This document shows, piece after piece, positions 49,380 to 61,845 of a DNA stretch of 64,000 nt. Below the pieces are notes generated by a model. The model did no database searches. It was not told the DNA's origin and worked only from the letters and a program-made list of their open reading frames with translations. Source of the stretch: Schizochytrium sp. TIO01 (Eukaryota; Protista; Bigyra: Labyrinthulomycetes); contig SMSO01000032.1 in assembly GCA_004764695.1 (NCBI GenBank), positions 1,612,001 to 1,676,000 on the forward strand, read 5' to 3'. How positions within the stretch are numbered: the stretch's first letter is position 1; every line of letters begins with the position of its first letter. Made by a program: the position numbers and the translations under genes.

Positions 49380-51746
49380 ATGAGTGTTGGAGCACGGTAT
49401 TTCAAGGTAGATAATTTGACTCGCCAACAGGAACAGGCATACCTTAAGGCTGGTAAGAAGGTTCGCAACTTTGGCCGTCTTGATGAAGAAAAGATAGAAG
49501 AACTTGTGAAAACAGATTTGGATTACACCCAGAATCCTTGTGAATTGCTCAAGAAAAGACGTCCTTGGCGACTCCAACGTTTTTTACAAGAGCTAATCGC
49601 CACTGAAGATGTTCTTTTTGGCGTTTCATCATACGCAGGGTACAAACTTCGAGTCTTGAATGGTGGTATTGAAGGAGTCTTTGGAAAGTTCTCCACCAGC
49701 ACATTACAGAGCGTGATTACGGCAGTTCTTGATAGAATGAATGGCCGTGAAGAAAGAGAGTACTGGGAAAGTTTCAAACTTTGGAAGTCTTTACTGGGAA
49801 CAAGTTTAATCAATTTACTACCGGATCGTCCATTTGCGCTTTACGTTTACGCCAAAGATCCAGTAGGTGATGATGTACCGATCTACTATATGGAGCTCGA
49901 GATCAATGGTGACACGGACCGCCATGTTCTCCTGTGGGAACTCGATCAAGTATTAACATCTCCAAGCCAGTTCTCTCGTCCTCACGAAGGCTCTCGAGCT
50001 TCTGAGTTTTGTAGCGCGTATCAAAAGGTGTATTTTTACATAAATTGGGAGGAGAAGACAGCACGACGTGTCGTACGAGCTGTAATCGCAGATTTACCAA
50101 AGCCTGATAAGGACTCCTGGGATAGCTGGCTACGCGAAAGACATGAGGATCATTATTTTGATGCTCTGATTTCTATTTTCGTGATTGGTTTATGTACGTT
50201 CTTGTCGTTCTCACAAGTTACAAATCAACCAGTGATAAGCTTGATCGGAGGCGTTGTTGTGGCTGGCATTGCAAGTGAAGAGTGGATGCCTCCACAAGCT
50301 GTTCTTTTGGGGGCGATTTCGCGCTTCTTCGCCAATGAGTCACTAAGTTTGCGCATGTATTATCGAACAGACTATACTCTTTCGATTAAGAGCGTCCTCA
50401 TTTCTCTTTTGGCTTCTGTTGCCGAAGTTTCTGATATCATTGTTGGTGCTGAACCGGCATGTCGAATTCCTGAGACTTGCAATGTTCAAGAAGCAGCAGG
50501 TTCAAGCGAATGTCTCCTATACAGCAATAGCACAAAGCAGAACTTTCGTGAAACGATTGGAAACATATTTCAGCCTAGCCCGTGCAATTGCTGTTCCTTT
50601 AACAATCGCGATTTTGTACTAGCTATTGCTGGGGCAATTAATATTGCCCTTCTTCTTCACACGGCATTTTCTGGTGTGTATGGTGCATTTAGTCACTCAG
50701 ACTACCCGTCTCGAAACACATATTTTCCCAAAATCTATGTTGAGAAAACTGGTTTCTTTCGACAATTAATTACAGATTGCCGTCCAGTGGAGGAGTTCTG
50801 TTCTGTGTATCGTCCTCTCCTACATTGGCAACGTGGTATCCAGAATCGATTTCTAGGTGATGCCGTAGACCTAGCTGCGCCAGGTGCCCCTCCATCTATG
50901 TTGTGCTATTGGCTCGCAAGCCCAGCTAGCTCTAAAATTGCGCAGAATTACTTGATTTACGGTACTAAGTTTCACCTCCATCTTCTTCCACTGGCTGTGC
51001 TTGAGCAGAGCCTTGCTCTTCTGGGTGGACTGTTGACAATCGTGCTGGACTTTCCCATGACATTGGCACTATTTTTAGTGCTTTTGCTGAAACGAGTGTT
51101 TTCTCTGCCTCGACCTATGGTGCGGGTCCTTGTTGCTGCAAGTCTGCACATCTATGATCCTGTGCAACTTTTGCTGAGCTGCGTGGACGCCTACAACGGA
51201 GTCATCGCCCGGCTTATCAACCTCGACACACTTGAGTGTCGTGGGCGCTCCACTGCTCGTCTCTATCGATGGGCATTGATTAAATCAGTTCGTACGGGTC
51301 GTTCTTCAAATCATTCGTGGAAATTTGGCGACCACCTGTACGATGATGGCTATTTTCGTTGCTCTGATTGCATCATTGTTAATCCACGAACACCAAAGCT
51401 GGGCATGGTTGAGGCAAATAAACTCTTTTATAAGCGTCATAAGTTACTTTGGACGACCAACAATGGAGTTCGCTACATTAACCCCTGCTTATCTTGCGGC
51501 GATAACACGGTCTCACGCCGTTCTTCGCTGATTCGGCAAACAAGTGAGCACATGGCTGAAATTCATCGCACAGAAGACATCCCGGATGTCAAAGAGTATA
51601 TGTCAGACGACACGCATGAATTTAGTCATACTGAAGACGAAGATGAAAATGAGTTTGATACTCGTGCGGAGGAAGTCCACCAAGGCGTTCGGCACAGTGG
51701 AAAGTTTTTGCCTGCAAACGAAGCTCTTGCACGTAAGCTTGGGTGA
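49380..51746 (+). CDS. hypothetical multi-pass membrane protein
   Basis: 788-codon intronless ORF; several hydrophobic segments, a Cys-rich loop, CSDC and CLSC near the C-terminus; no family recognised. Confidence 0.7.
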   Translation: MSVGARYFKVDNLTRQQEQAYLKAGKKVRNFGRLDEEKIEELVKTDLDYTQNPCELLKKRRPWRLQRFLQELIATEDVLFGVSSYAGYKLRVLNGGIEGVFGKFSTSTLQSVITAVLDRMNGREEREYWESFKLWKSLLGTSLINLLPDRPFALYVYAKDPVGDDVPIYYMELEINGDTDRHVLLWELDQVLTSPSQFSRPHEGSRASEFCSAYQKVYFYINWEEKTARRVVRAVIADLPKPDKDSWDSWLRERHEDHYFDALISIFVIGLCTFLSFSQVTNQPVISLIGGVVVAGIASEEWMPPQAVLLGAISRFFANESLSLRMYYRTDYTLSIKSVLISLLASVAEVSDIIVGAEPACRIPETCNVQEAAGSSECLLYSNSTKQNFRETIGNIFQPSPCNCCSFNNRDFVLAIAGAINIALLLHTAFSGVYGAFSHSDYPSRNTYFPKIYVEKTGFFRQLITDCRPVEEFCSVYRPLLHWQRGIQNRFLGDAVDLAAPGAPPSMLCYWLASPASSKIAQNYLIYGTKFHLHLLPLAVLEQSLALLGGLLTIVLDFPMTLALFLVLLLKRVFSLPRPMVRVLVAASLHIYDPVQLLLSCVDAYNGVIARLINLDTLECRGRSTARLYRWALIKSVRTGRSSNHSWKFGDHLYDDGYFRCSDCIIVNPRTPKLGMVEANKLFYKRHKLLWTTNNGVRYINPCLSCGDNTVSRRSSLIRQTSEHMAEIHRTEDIPDVKEYMSDDTHEFSHTEDEDENEFDTRAEEVHQGVRHSGKFLPANEALARKLG

Positions 51747-52551
51747 CCTTGAATAATAATATTCTTTCTCAACTTCCTAATTTTAGCAGTTTCCTTTTAT
51801 AAATACCATGAGTTTCGTAATCAACGTCAGCCTTGATAGTCTTTAAGGCTCGAAATGAGATTTTTGCCTTGGAGTACCGGCTCCTGTATGGCCTCAGTTC
51901 TTGGATCTTCCTCTGCCTGCAAAACACAAATCGAGGTACTAAGAGTTTTCTACACGGTTCGCGAACTACTTCAAAGAATCAGGGGGAGGAACCGAAAGCG
52001 AACGTTCCTCAAACAGTTTGGCAGAACTTGTGCTACAAATATGAAAAAAATGAGGAAAAAGGATATTTTTCAAATTTAAAGGAGCGAGAGTGCTACCTAC
52101 GGACGACTACTAGTACTACTAATTATTTGTTCGTACGAATCGGAATTTTTTTCTTTTTCTCTTTCTCTGTATTGGCAAGGCAGAGAACTCGAAGAAGACT
52201 TGAGCTCCGAAGGAGAATATCGGCATCAAAAGAGAGTTAGAGCTTGGACACCGCGTCCCCAGGAGTCCTAGTATCGATACCAGACAACACAGCGAACTGG
52301 GATCTAGTTCTATCATTGATCTAGTTGAGAGAGGGAGGAAGTCTCGTTTGGATGTTTCTTGAGAGCTAAAGCGAATAGAGATCGACCTCCAAAACCAAAC
52401 TTGACTACAGGATAGCCACTGCTGTTATCAGTTGCTTGTTGAGCCTTTCTTGAAGAACCAGGTAGAGTCATAAACTAGGAAGCTGGGGGCGTATTTGAGC
52501 ACAGTGTTCAACCGGCGGCACGATCCTTGCCCTCAGCCGCGGCAGGGTAAG

Positions 52552-53961
52552 ATGGAGGAGTCTGCTCAGTGCCTTGAGATCAGCGACGTTTCTCCCACCG
52601 ACGCACAGAGGCTCGTAGACGTGCTTCACAAGTGGGCCCATACCGGGGTTGAGTCATGTGCCAAAGTCACTCTGTGCAAAGATTCTATGTACTTTCTCAG
52701 CAACGCCGGAGATGAAGATTGTGACTGGGTTTTTCAGATCCCCGCTTCGAAGCACCTCATCATAGAAGCTAACGGGTCTTCATTTCAAAGAGTAGAGTCC
52801 CAGGATCAATGGCCTCAGAAGAGCTGCCTCTCTTTTTTTCTTGTCCGGGGTTCACTAGAAATTCATGATTTGATCCTCACAAACGGCCAGCTTCATGGCA
52901 AATTCGGAGGCGCCATTGCTGCTCTTCCTGGATCGAGCGTGAGCTTGAAGGGCTGCATAATCGACCAGTGCAGAGTATCAGGAGCTGCTGGTAAAAATGG
53001 AGAAGAGTTTGGTGCGTCTGGAGGTGGTGGTGGGCAAGGTGCATGCGGAGGGGCCATATATTGCTACAAAGGTTCACTTTTACTCGAGAACTGCACCCTG
53101 AAAAGAAATTGCGCTCAAGGAGGTGCGGGTGGTGATGCTTTCCCCAACAACGGACGATTTGGTGCTAACGGAGGAGCTGGAGGAGGCATACGTGGTGGCC
53201 AAGGTGGCTCAGCTCGAGGCCAAGATGGTGAGGATGCTGGTCAAGTTCAGACTGGTGAGGAATATACCGGATCCTTTGGAGGTGGCGGTGGATCGTCCTC
53301 AGGTTCGTGTGGCTCCAATGGCGGAAATGGGCTATGGGGCGGAGGAGGTGGAGGTGCAGGTGCAAAGACTATTGGCGGCTGGGAGGGCGTAGGTAAACCT
53401 GGCAAAGGAGGGTTTGGAGCTGGCAATGGTGGCATGGCTGGTGCTAGTGCAGGCTCTGCTGGCGGCGGAGGTGGAGCCTTTGGTGGTGCCATTTGTGTCA
53501 TCGATGGCCGTGCGCTGAGGGTGAAGAACTGTACTTTATGCCATAACAGTTCGCAATATGGCAAGCGAGGGAAACATACATGGGGGTGGAATTCGGGGAG
53601 AGACGGAACCTCCTATGGAGGAGCTATCTTTGTGAAAGGTACTCCAATTGTAGAGATTGATAATGAAAACACTGAACGTATTGCAAAAAATGAGGCCTTA
53701 GAAGGCAACAATGTCTATCATTATGAGCGAGAGAAGGAGGCTTGTTATGCCCCGGTCGTTCTATGTAAAAACTTGAGTCAGGTGCCGGATCTGATTGCAA
53801 CTTCAGTCCAAAGAAATGGCGGCTCTCCGGAATCGATTCTTCCAGGACCAATTATTGACACCATTCTTCAGGAGTATGTTGGTTGGTGCGATTTTGGCAG
53901 TGACCCAGGGTTGATGTCTCTTTTTAAGAAAGCAAAGATCTCCGTTGCTTTAACCCAATAG
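52552..53961 (+). CDS. glycine-rich protein with GGAI (Pmp-like/right-handed beta-helix) repeats
   Basis: FGGAIAAL, CGGAIYCY, FGGAICVI, YGGAIFVK alternate with L.NCTL..N strands around a PGRS-like Gly tract; first ATG 52552. Confidence 0.75.
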   Translation: MEESAQCLEISDVSPTDAQRLVDVLHKWAHTGVESCAKVTLCKDSMYFLSNAGDEDCDWVFQIPASKHLIIEANGSSFQRVESQDQWPQKSCLSFFLVRGSLEIHDLILTNGQLHGKFGGAIAALPGSSVSLKGCIIDQCRVSGAAGKNGEEFGASGGGGGQGACGGAIYCYKGSLLLENCTLKRNCAQGGAGGDAFPNNGRFGANGGAGGGIRGGQGGSARGQDGEDAGQVQTGEEYTGSFGGGGGSSSGSCGSNGGNGLWGGGGGGAGAKTIGGWEGVGKPGKGGFGAGNGGMAGASAGSAGGGGGAFGGAICVIDGRALRVKNCTLCHNSSQYGKRGKHTWGWNSGRDGTSYGGAIFVKGTPIVEIDNENTERIAKNEALEGNNVYHYEREKEACYAPVVLCKNLSQVPDLIATSVQRNGGSPESILPGPIIDTILQEYVGWCDFGSDPGLMSLFKKAKISVALTQ

Positions 53962-54421
53962 TTGATGCTTTCTCTACAGATATACCTATCTATACATTAT
54001 ATAATTGAACAAAAAGAAAAGACATTGTACATTTCCATTTTTCAGACCGATAGGTAATGAGCTGGTACTCCCCAGATCCAATGTTTGCTTTAAATAAAAT
54101 AACGCCATGTTGGTGACATTGTTTAAAAGGAGTAAGAATATCATTTTTGTAGGTTTGTAGGCTTTATTGAGTGTATTTTTATGTAAAGATATTTCTGGAG
54201 TAAAATAGGGTCAGTTTGCTTTTGATTAAGTTTGGCCTGAAAATGATACAGAATGCGCGAAAACTAATGTGCCTTCAGCTCATGAACAAAAAAGAGCTTA
54301 TAAGAAATGTTAATAGGAATTTGAGTATGAAGAATGCTTCCGTTGAATCGTGAGAAGGAATGATTGCGTCAGTATATATGGTATATTTGTGTTTGTACTG
54401 TCTGTACTGAAAGACATTTAC

Positions 54422-55720
54422 TCAGCTCAAGTTCATATCGCGAAAAGAATATGAGTTTTCGCCCTCATGCTCGCCACTCCGAAAACGCATTTGAAATTCA
54501 TCAGTTTCAAGTGAAGCCACACGACCGCGCTTGAGGCGACCATTACTGGCACTAGAAGCATCAGAAGAAGCAGAAGACCGCCTGTCTGCAGAAACGGGTT
54601 CTGAAGCAGTGGATTCACGGGCTGTCGCTGGCGCGAAATTATAAGTTTCTGGATCTCCCAGTTTCCGCAACCCTGCAATAATACTACGGAAGTCATCAAC
54701 AATATAATCCGTGGTGATTACTTTCTCCGGCGCAGGTTTGGCCTTGTTGGGAGATGTGTGTTCGCTAAAGCTGCGTTGGGTTTGAGGTCTTTTAGTGTAA
54801 GATGACCGACCGACTTTCACGCTTTTGCTCCGGGATTTTTGTGGTGGCAGAAGCCATTCCGCAAATGCATCAAGTCCTATGGTAGAAGAATCAATCATGA
54901 CCATGGGCGCAGTTTTCCGCGAGGAGAGGCTCCAAGCATCACTGTCAGCATATCCTTTGAAGACCTTGTTACTGTTACTTGTGTGTTGTTCACTTGCAAC
55001 GCTGGTAGGAGTTGGTGGGATGAGCCATCTTGCGACCTTATCGTCTCCCTTTCGGATTGCTTCGGCGACTTCGGCTTCGCCGGATTGCAAGGCTTCAAGT
55101 ATTTTTTCACTAGCGCCGTGGGCTTCACCGGGATCCTCTTCCGCTGGATCTGATTGAGCAACAATGGTTGTTGTCTTGTCATCAACTCCGTTGGGTTCAT
55201 TTACATCCACTAATAGAGATGACTTGGCCTCCTTCTCCTTCTCCTCCTCCTCTTCATCATCATCACCATCTTTCTCGTTATCTTTGATGTCATTAAAAGG
55301 TTTCACAGCACCCAGCTGTTTATCCTGAGAAGGTGGTGAGCTGGACGTCGAGGTGCCAGTTGGTTTTAGGGTTTGCTTCTTGTCATTTTGGTCAACTTCC
55401 TTGCTAATTTCGCTTTCCGCCAGATTCTTTGCTGTAGTACTGTTGACCTTCAGAGGTGGTTCCTGACTGGACAGTTTTACTTCCGGTTTCTCTTGTTCAT
55501 CTTCAGCAGCGATTTCTTGGGGTGCAAAGATTCCACCACTATTGTTGGGCTCCACGAGTTTCTCCGTAGGTTTCAGGGGTTGACTTTCCTCTTGTGCGGC
55601 TTCATTTTTGGCATATTCTTCCGCTACTACGACAGGCTGCTTGAAGGGTTCATCCTTTGGAAGCTGTAGGGGTGGCTTTGAAGAACTTTTAGAAACTGAC
55701 TTGGATCCGCAGCATCCCAT
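54422..55720 (-). CDS. largely disordered protein with N-terminal myristoylation/palmitoylation motif
   Basis: Starts MGCCGSK (Gly2, Cys3/4, Ser6); low-complexity E/S/K/P composition over 432 aa. Confidence 0.75.
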   Translation of the reverse strand: MGCCGSKSVSKSSSKPPLQLPKDEPFKQPVVVAEEYAKNEAAQEESQPLKPTEKLVEPNNSGGIFAPQEIAAEDEQEKPEVKLSSQEPPLKVNSTTAKNLAESEISKEVDQNDKKQTLKPTGTSTSSSPPSQDKQLGAVKPFNDIKDNEKDGDDDEEEEEKEKEAKSSLLVDVNEPNGVDDKTTTIVAQSDPAEEDPGEAHGASEKILEALQSGEAEVAEAIRKGDDKVARWLIPPTPTSVASEQHTSNSNKVFKGYADSDAWSLSSRKTAPMVMIDSSTIGLDAFAEWLLPPQKSRSKSVKVGRSSYTKRPQTQRSFSEHTSPNKAKPAPEKVITTDYIVDDFRSIIAGLRKLGDPETYNFAPATARESTASEPVSADRRSSASSDASSASNGRLKRGRVASLETDEFQMRFRSGEHEGENSYSFRDMNLS

Positions 55721-56979
55721 GATGTCAGTCCCCCCAGTCTCTGTTCAGCCTTGCTTTCACACCGAAGAGCCAATCTCACAGTCGCTGTTGAGTTGCCCTG
55801 CCCTACTCTGTTCAAAACGCCGCACCTTCGCAGTCCTTCCTTATATTTTGCGCAACGATAACAGCAATCACTCAATAAAAGTCGAGTAACTACTGGAGTA
55901 TTACAGTCAACGCACCTTCGAGCACAAAGCACAGATGGCTCGAGTCAAAGGCAGTATTCCTCAGGGTTTGGTTGTTAATCTCCAAAGAATCCAACGCAGT
56001 AGTTCGTAAGTCTTCTACAGCAAGTATGCCCTCGTTTAATGACAACAATATTGAACGGGAAGACGATGGGCCACGCAGCACAGGACCCGTGACTAGCGGG
56101 ACCAGCAATCTTCGTTTGGGCAGTCGTGAAATACGTCGTGAGCAGTAGACTCCTCTTATACTGCTTCTTTAATTGCCGCAAGCAAGCAAGCGCGATCGAT
56201 GGTCTGGGCGCTCAGCCTCGGTGCGTTCGGGTGGCGCGAGACTTCGATAAGAGTTTGATCGATTCTTCTATTCTAACAACGCAAATGCAAAATTCCACTT
56301 TTCTCAAAGGACCTTTTTCATTTTTTAATGTTAATAATAAAAAAAATGACTTTGAATATAAATGCTGCTGAGAGTTTAAAATAAAATTGAAATCAAATCA
56401 AAGATTCTCAAAAAGGAGTCACCGATACTATAGTTTAAGCTATCTATCTCCACGAACGCAACTAGAACATAAAAATATTAAAAAAGTATAAAACTTCTTT
56501 CCACTAGCCCATCCTACCCTAAACTGTTAACCCCTCCTAAGTTGAGAAATGAGTAGCAGCGCTCGAATTAAATCACAGCGACGCATGACATGGATCCATC
56601 TATCTATCTATCAATCTACAACCTTTCCTTCGAAGGCCTTTGGGTACAGACGAGGGCCTAGATCGTGCTCTGTATCTTGCATCTCCGCTGCCGCTCTCGT
56701 TCGACTCCTCAATCGATCGAAGGCACTGGCGTCGAACGGCTCGGACTGAGACCTTCTGCGCCGTGGACCTCAAACTTGATAGTCAAGAGCCGCGGAAATG
56801 ATGCATCAACTGTTATGAGATAAACAAACCATCAATCAATCAGTCAATCAGCTAATCAGTCGATCGAAGTATACAGAGAATCAATCACTTCGAAAGGTTT
56901 GTCGAATTGAGCTTCTGAAGGAAGCGTGGCTCGTGCCAGAAAGAGTATCGAAGTCATCCATCAGCACGCGAAACTATTC

Positions 56980-57236
56980 AATGCAAATCGATGCAGATCA
57001 ATGCGAAGCAAAGCAATGCGAAGCAAAGCAACGCAACGCAAAGCAAAACAAGTAAAAAAAGCAAAAAAAAGAAAAGAAAGCAAAGCAAAGCAAAGAAAAG
57101 CAAAGCAATGCAAAGCAAAGCAAAGCAATGCAAAGCAAAGCAAAGCGATGCAAAGCAAAGCAAAGTAAAGCAATGTAAAACAATGCAAAGCAAAGCACAG
57201 CACAGCACAGCACAGCAAAGCAATGCAATGCAAAGC
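56980..57236. repeat. pentanucleotide (GCAAA/GCAAT/GCACA)n satellite
   Basis: ~250 bp of gcaaagcaatgcaaagcaaagcacagcacag. Confidence 0.95.
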
Positions 57237-59984
57237 TTCCTTTTCTAGGCCTTCTGTGAAGTGATATTGAACTGAAGGAAAGAAAGAACAGTCTGTCCTA
57301 TAGTAAACAATAGGTACACGTTGCCCAGCTGTGCTTCTAGAGACGAGCCCTTTTGAAGGCACTTGCCATCAATGGAGATCTATCTGCCTCAAGAACGCCA
57401 TTCACGAGAGAACATTAGCTTCAAGGAGTCGAGCTCAATGGCACAAGAGAGGATCTCAAATCGCAGGCAAGAGAGTACCTGGGAGTCTGTTCTTCTTCAT
57501 TTTCCAGGCTATTCATTCCACCATCATCACAGGAAGCTACTTTCACAACTTATTGTATAATAAATAAACTCATAAGGTGATCTGGTACCACTATCAATTA
57601 GCTAATCGAAGCTAGCACGCGAATTCTTTCTCTTTTGGGCCTTTGAAGCCTGCTTTTTATGCCATGGTAAGACATAGAAACGCACTTCTGGTAGTAGCGA
57701 ACCACTTGCATAGGAGTTGGTATCTGACTCTTATCAGGGACTCCGCACTTGAAAGTGATTCTTTTTAGTCGTTCTGTTCCTTTCGACGTTGAAAAGCTTT
57801 ATATCCTCCCAATTGCTATTGTTATTGTTATTGTTATTATTATAACAATATTTTTATTCTTGCTTCTTTTCTTTTCTTTTCAAAAGAAAAAGAAAAAGAG
57901 AAAAATGCAATCATAGGAGCGAGTAGAGATTGGCTATTGATTACTCTAGGCCCTTGCGATGCAAGTCAATGATGCAAGACGTACCTTTGACCAGTCATTC
58001 ATAGGAGCGCAAAAAGAGGCTCTTAGGCACGCGCAAGATCGATGGGAACTTGCTTTCAGGCTCCCACGAAGGTGGCGAAAGAAGCAAATATGCTCTTGAA
58101 TGAGGCAGAGAGCCAACACCTCGCGAGCTATCTTCACGACGTCTGAAGATCTCTTTCTTAAAGCTTGCGGATAGAGATATATTTCTATACTAAAACAATT
58201 CGCAACGTGTCCCCGCACACAGGTCATATAGAACCGTGTGTACTAAAGAGAGGGTAAGCGCGTGCGCGCAGCTGGGACATTTGGCGGAAAGGTTTATAGA
58301 TATGTGATAGTGCGGCCAAAAACGAGAGCATTTATGAAATAGGAGAGAAGAAGCACCTGAATGCAAGGTCGTAATACATGTGCAACTTAAAAGAATGGAG
58401 AGCCGTGTCGTAGCTAAGTATATTCCATGGATAGATTATATTGATGATTATTTTTTTTTAACATTGCAAAAGGTAGAACTAACTGTGAAGTTAAATCAAA
58501 GCGTCAAGGGCTAAATGTGGGTAAGGAGTCCAGAACTTGTGACGGCGCGGGAGGGAGATCGGAGATCAATGTGGAACGCAGATCAACAAGATTATGTGTA
58601 TTCTAATTTCTGTAGTTGTAGGTTAGGATTGACGCAGTGAGCCACAACGACAGAACTTGACACCTTGGGCGTAACGACTCTCTGAACCTAGGCGAGAAAC
58701 AGCTGGAATCAGTGTGTCAGCAGACGCCTTCACTATCAACAAAATTTTGTCGGGAGTGGGCGATGTTTAGAGCTAAAGCTTAGGCTTTTGAATATTAGCT
58801 TTGCGGCATCAGTTGGTCCCCGCCAGTTCTTCGTGAAGGCACGAAAGGCTTAGAACAGCACTAAAGCAGCAGATAGGTGCTTGGCCTGAGCTATTCTTGG
58901 TCCAAATTTCGGTAGTGTTGGCTGGGAACTTGCGCCGCATGGCCCTCGAAAGTCCATTTCAAGAGTAAAATAATTGCACATCGGACTTGTACGAGTAAAG
59001 GCTCAATAAACGCACACATTTGCTTAAGTAGGACTACATCCTCAAGTCCCCGCGGGGAATCACCCCGGGGCCCTTTCATTACGTTTCTTTTTCCTCCTTT
59101 TCCACGAACTGAGTTTATCTTGTATCTGTTTGAAACTAGCAAGAAACGTCCACTGGTACTATAGTATCGCAGTTGGTAAATCGTTTTCTCCTCAGACTCA
59201 CTTATTGTTATTTTGGAAAGCTCGCGGGAAGATAGTGAGGTCCAAAGCTGTATAAAAGAACTACAAGAAATATCCATACGGAAAAGAGAAGAATATGTAC
59301 CTGTACCTTTCCTTGGTAGGAATACAAGAAGAAAAGGATAACTGGAACGCGGCAACGCCTCAACCTCACGGCCCTCCCTTCTGCGTGACCTGTGGAGGAC
59401 CTGGGCACTCAGATATCGCCCTCGTGCAGTTTATCCATGGCTTTTGCGACTTTCATATCTAAAGTCCGCGAGGGAAATAACGAGACGTGGAAGAAGAACT
59501 TGCCAGTGGTTGAAGAAGCTTGCTATTATTAAAAAAAATAGGGGAAGAGAAAACGAAAAAGAAGACGAAGAAAAGAAAGAAAGAAAAAAAAAGAGAGAAA
59601 GAAATCAGGAAACAAAACCCGCTCGTTCGCTTCTCCAGCGCGACCAGTATTCAGGGTGCTCGTGCGAATCACCAGGCGCCAAGCAGCTTGCTTGAGATTC
59701 CTCTTCATCCTTTTAGAGCCTCGCAGTCTTACGTGAGACGAAAGTTCTTTCGCCTCGCGTTTTCTGAGCAGATAGACAGCCAGGCTAGCGTCCGATTCGC
59801 TCGCTTATCTTTGTCTCGAGAAAGCTTTCCTCTCTTGTGGCTCGCAAGACTCTCTGCGGAGACACCCCTCATAGTTCGAGGTTTCTTCTGCGGATCATCT
59901 AGTCGATCAGCAGGTTTGCCTCATAGCTTGGCGTTTCTGATTTGCTTTATTTGATATCTTGTTTCAAAGTATCCGACTGATACC

Positions 59985-60605
59985 ATGTCACACCGCAAGA
60001 AGGTTTTGCTGAAGGTGATCATTCTGGGTGACAGTGGCGTTGGCAAGACGTCGCTTATGAACCAGTACGTGAATCAAAGATTCAGCAAGCAGTACAAGAC
60101 AACCATTGGTGCGGATTTTACGACTAAGGAGGTGGTGATTGACGACAAGCTTGTCACCCTCCAGATTTGGGACACTGCAGGACAGGAGCGCTTTCAGTCC
60201 CTCGGCGTCGCTTTCTACCGTGGAGCAGATGCCTGCATGCTCGTATACGATATCACCAAGCCCAAGACGTTTGACTCTCTGCAGAACTGGCGTGATGAGT
60301 TCCTACTTCAGAGCGCCCCTCGTGATCCGGAAAAGTTCCCCTTCGCTGTCCTTGGAAATATGGTCGATAAGGCGGATGAGCGTCGTGTCCCTGAGGAGAA
60401 TGCCCGCCGCTGGTGTGCGCAGGATGTGGATCATGAGATCCCGTATTTCGAAACCTCCGCAAAGGATGCTATCAACGTAGATCAAGCCTTTTATGCAATT
60501 GCAGAGGCCGCATTGAAACAAGATACTCAGGAGGATTTTACTGTGGGCAACACACTCCGTGTACATGCTGATGATGATCGAAATGGCGACCAGTGCAACT
60601 GCTAA
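59985..60605 (+). CDS. RAB7: Rab7 small GTPase
   Basis: [60 protein letters not shown]-terminal CxC. Confidence 0.95.
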   Translation: MSHRKKVLLKVIILGDSGVGKTSLMNQYVNQRFSKQYKTTIGADFTTKEVVIDDKLVTLQIWDTAGQERFQSLGVAFYRGADACMLVYDITKPKTFDSLQNWRDEFLLQSAPRDPEKFPFAVLGNMVDKADERRVPEENARRWCAQDVDHEIPYFETSAKDAINVDQAFYAIAEAALKQDTQEDFTVGNTLRVHADDDRNGDQCNC

Positions 60606-61845
60606 AATCGAGAGGAAGATGTATGGACAGCTCACTTTTGACTGACTTATTGTTCGTTCGTCTGACTGGCTAACAAACAATCCTCACGTGCCATTTCCTA
60701 ACATCTTTAGTGCTCACGGCTGGCAAACTGCCTGATTGATATTTTGCATCGAGCAACGATCTCTAAGTTGGCGACCTCTTCTTCTTAGTGTTTCCCTTTC
60801 TCGTCAACTTCGGAGCGCTAGTGCATGATGCTCGTGCTCGGCACGCCTTCCTGGGCTCCTCAATATCATCTGGGAGTGGTAAGAGTGCATTACCTTCTCC
60901 GACGTCGCTCTCTTTGCACATGTTTTTTTAACTCCTTTTGCTCCGTTGCAATTATTCCATCTCCATGTTGATACTTTTGATTATTGTTTGCTTCTGGGAG
61001 GGGTGCAGAGGCTTGCCTGCACAACTTATGCTTCTGTGACTCGAATAGAAGGCTGACAAAGCGAAACAGTCTATAAGATACAATGTATGACTTTCATGAT
61101 GCCAAGCAATAAAACTTAAGTAGAATAAGAGAAACAATTTTGTTTCACTACCATTCCCCTTCACGCATTCCCTATTACAAACCTGTGTCAGGATCCCTAA
61201 CTCACTTCAAATTAGCGAATTAATGATCATGTTGTCCTTATCTTGGTCTGCAGGTGATGATAATTATCCAAGGTTGTCCTCAATTTGCTTCTCTCATATA
61301 TAAACGTTTTTGGTATTATTGGACTAGACGATTGAATCTGCCAAATTTTGTTTCTCTGTTTTAGCAAATGAATCAAGAATTTTGATATCAATAAAGCTCA
61401 CTTGCCAATCAATTTTAACGATGAAAGCAAGAATACATGTACAGTCTATTCTCGTCTTGGATTCTAAGATTTATACCGTCATGCGCCTCCAAAGACAACT
61501 GTTCTTAATATGAAGCCATGATACCGAGGTGGTAGAATCAACGAGAATATTTCCGGTACATGTCTGAACTTGGATCTATGGAATATTTCATGTGGTAACC
61601 CACGGAAAGGAATTAAATGAGGTTAATATCAAAAGTGGTAGGTAATGCCATCTCTTACTGGGTTTTATTACTATAGGTAGATATTAATATATGTAGTTAG
61701 AGGCTTGGGGCTCAGGAGGGGTTGTACGTGATTGAGATGCGCTTGAGGGTTGGGTGGGTGGTTTAGCTCGAGAGGCTGGTGTGTGGCTTTGTGTGCGGTC
61801 CGAAGATAAAAAAGAAACAAATCATTAAGTGAGAGTTTCGCTCTT

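Noticed and set aside
56926-57362. Multiple ORFs (ALLCF/KAKQS repeats)
   Set aside because: Translation artefacts of the pentamer satellite
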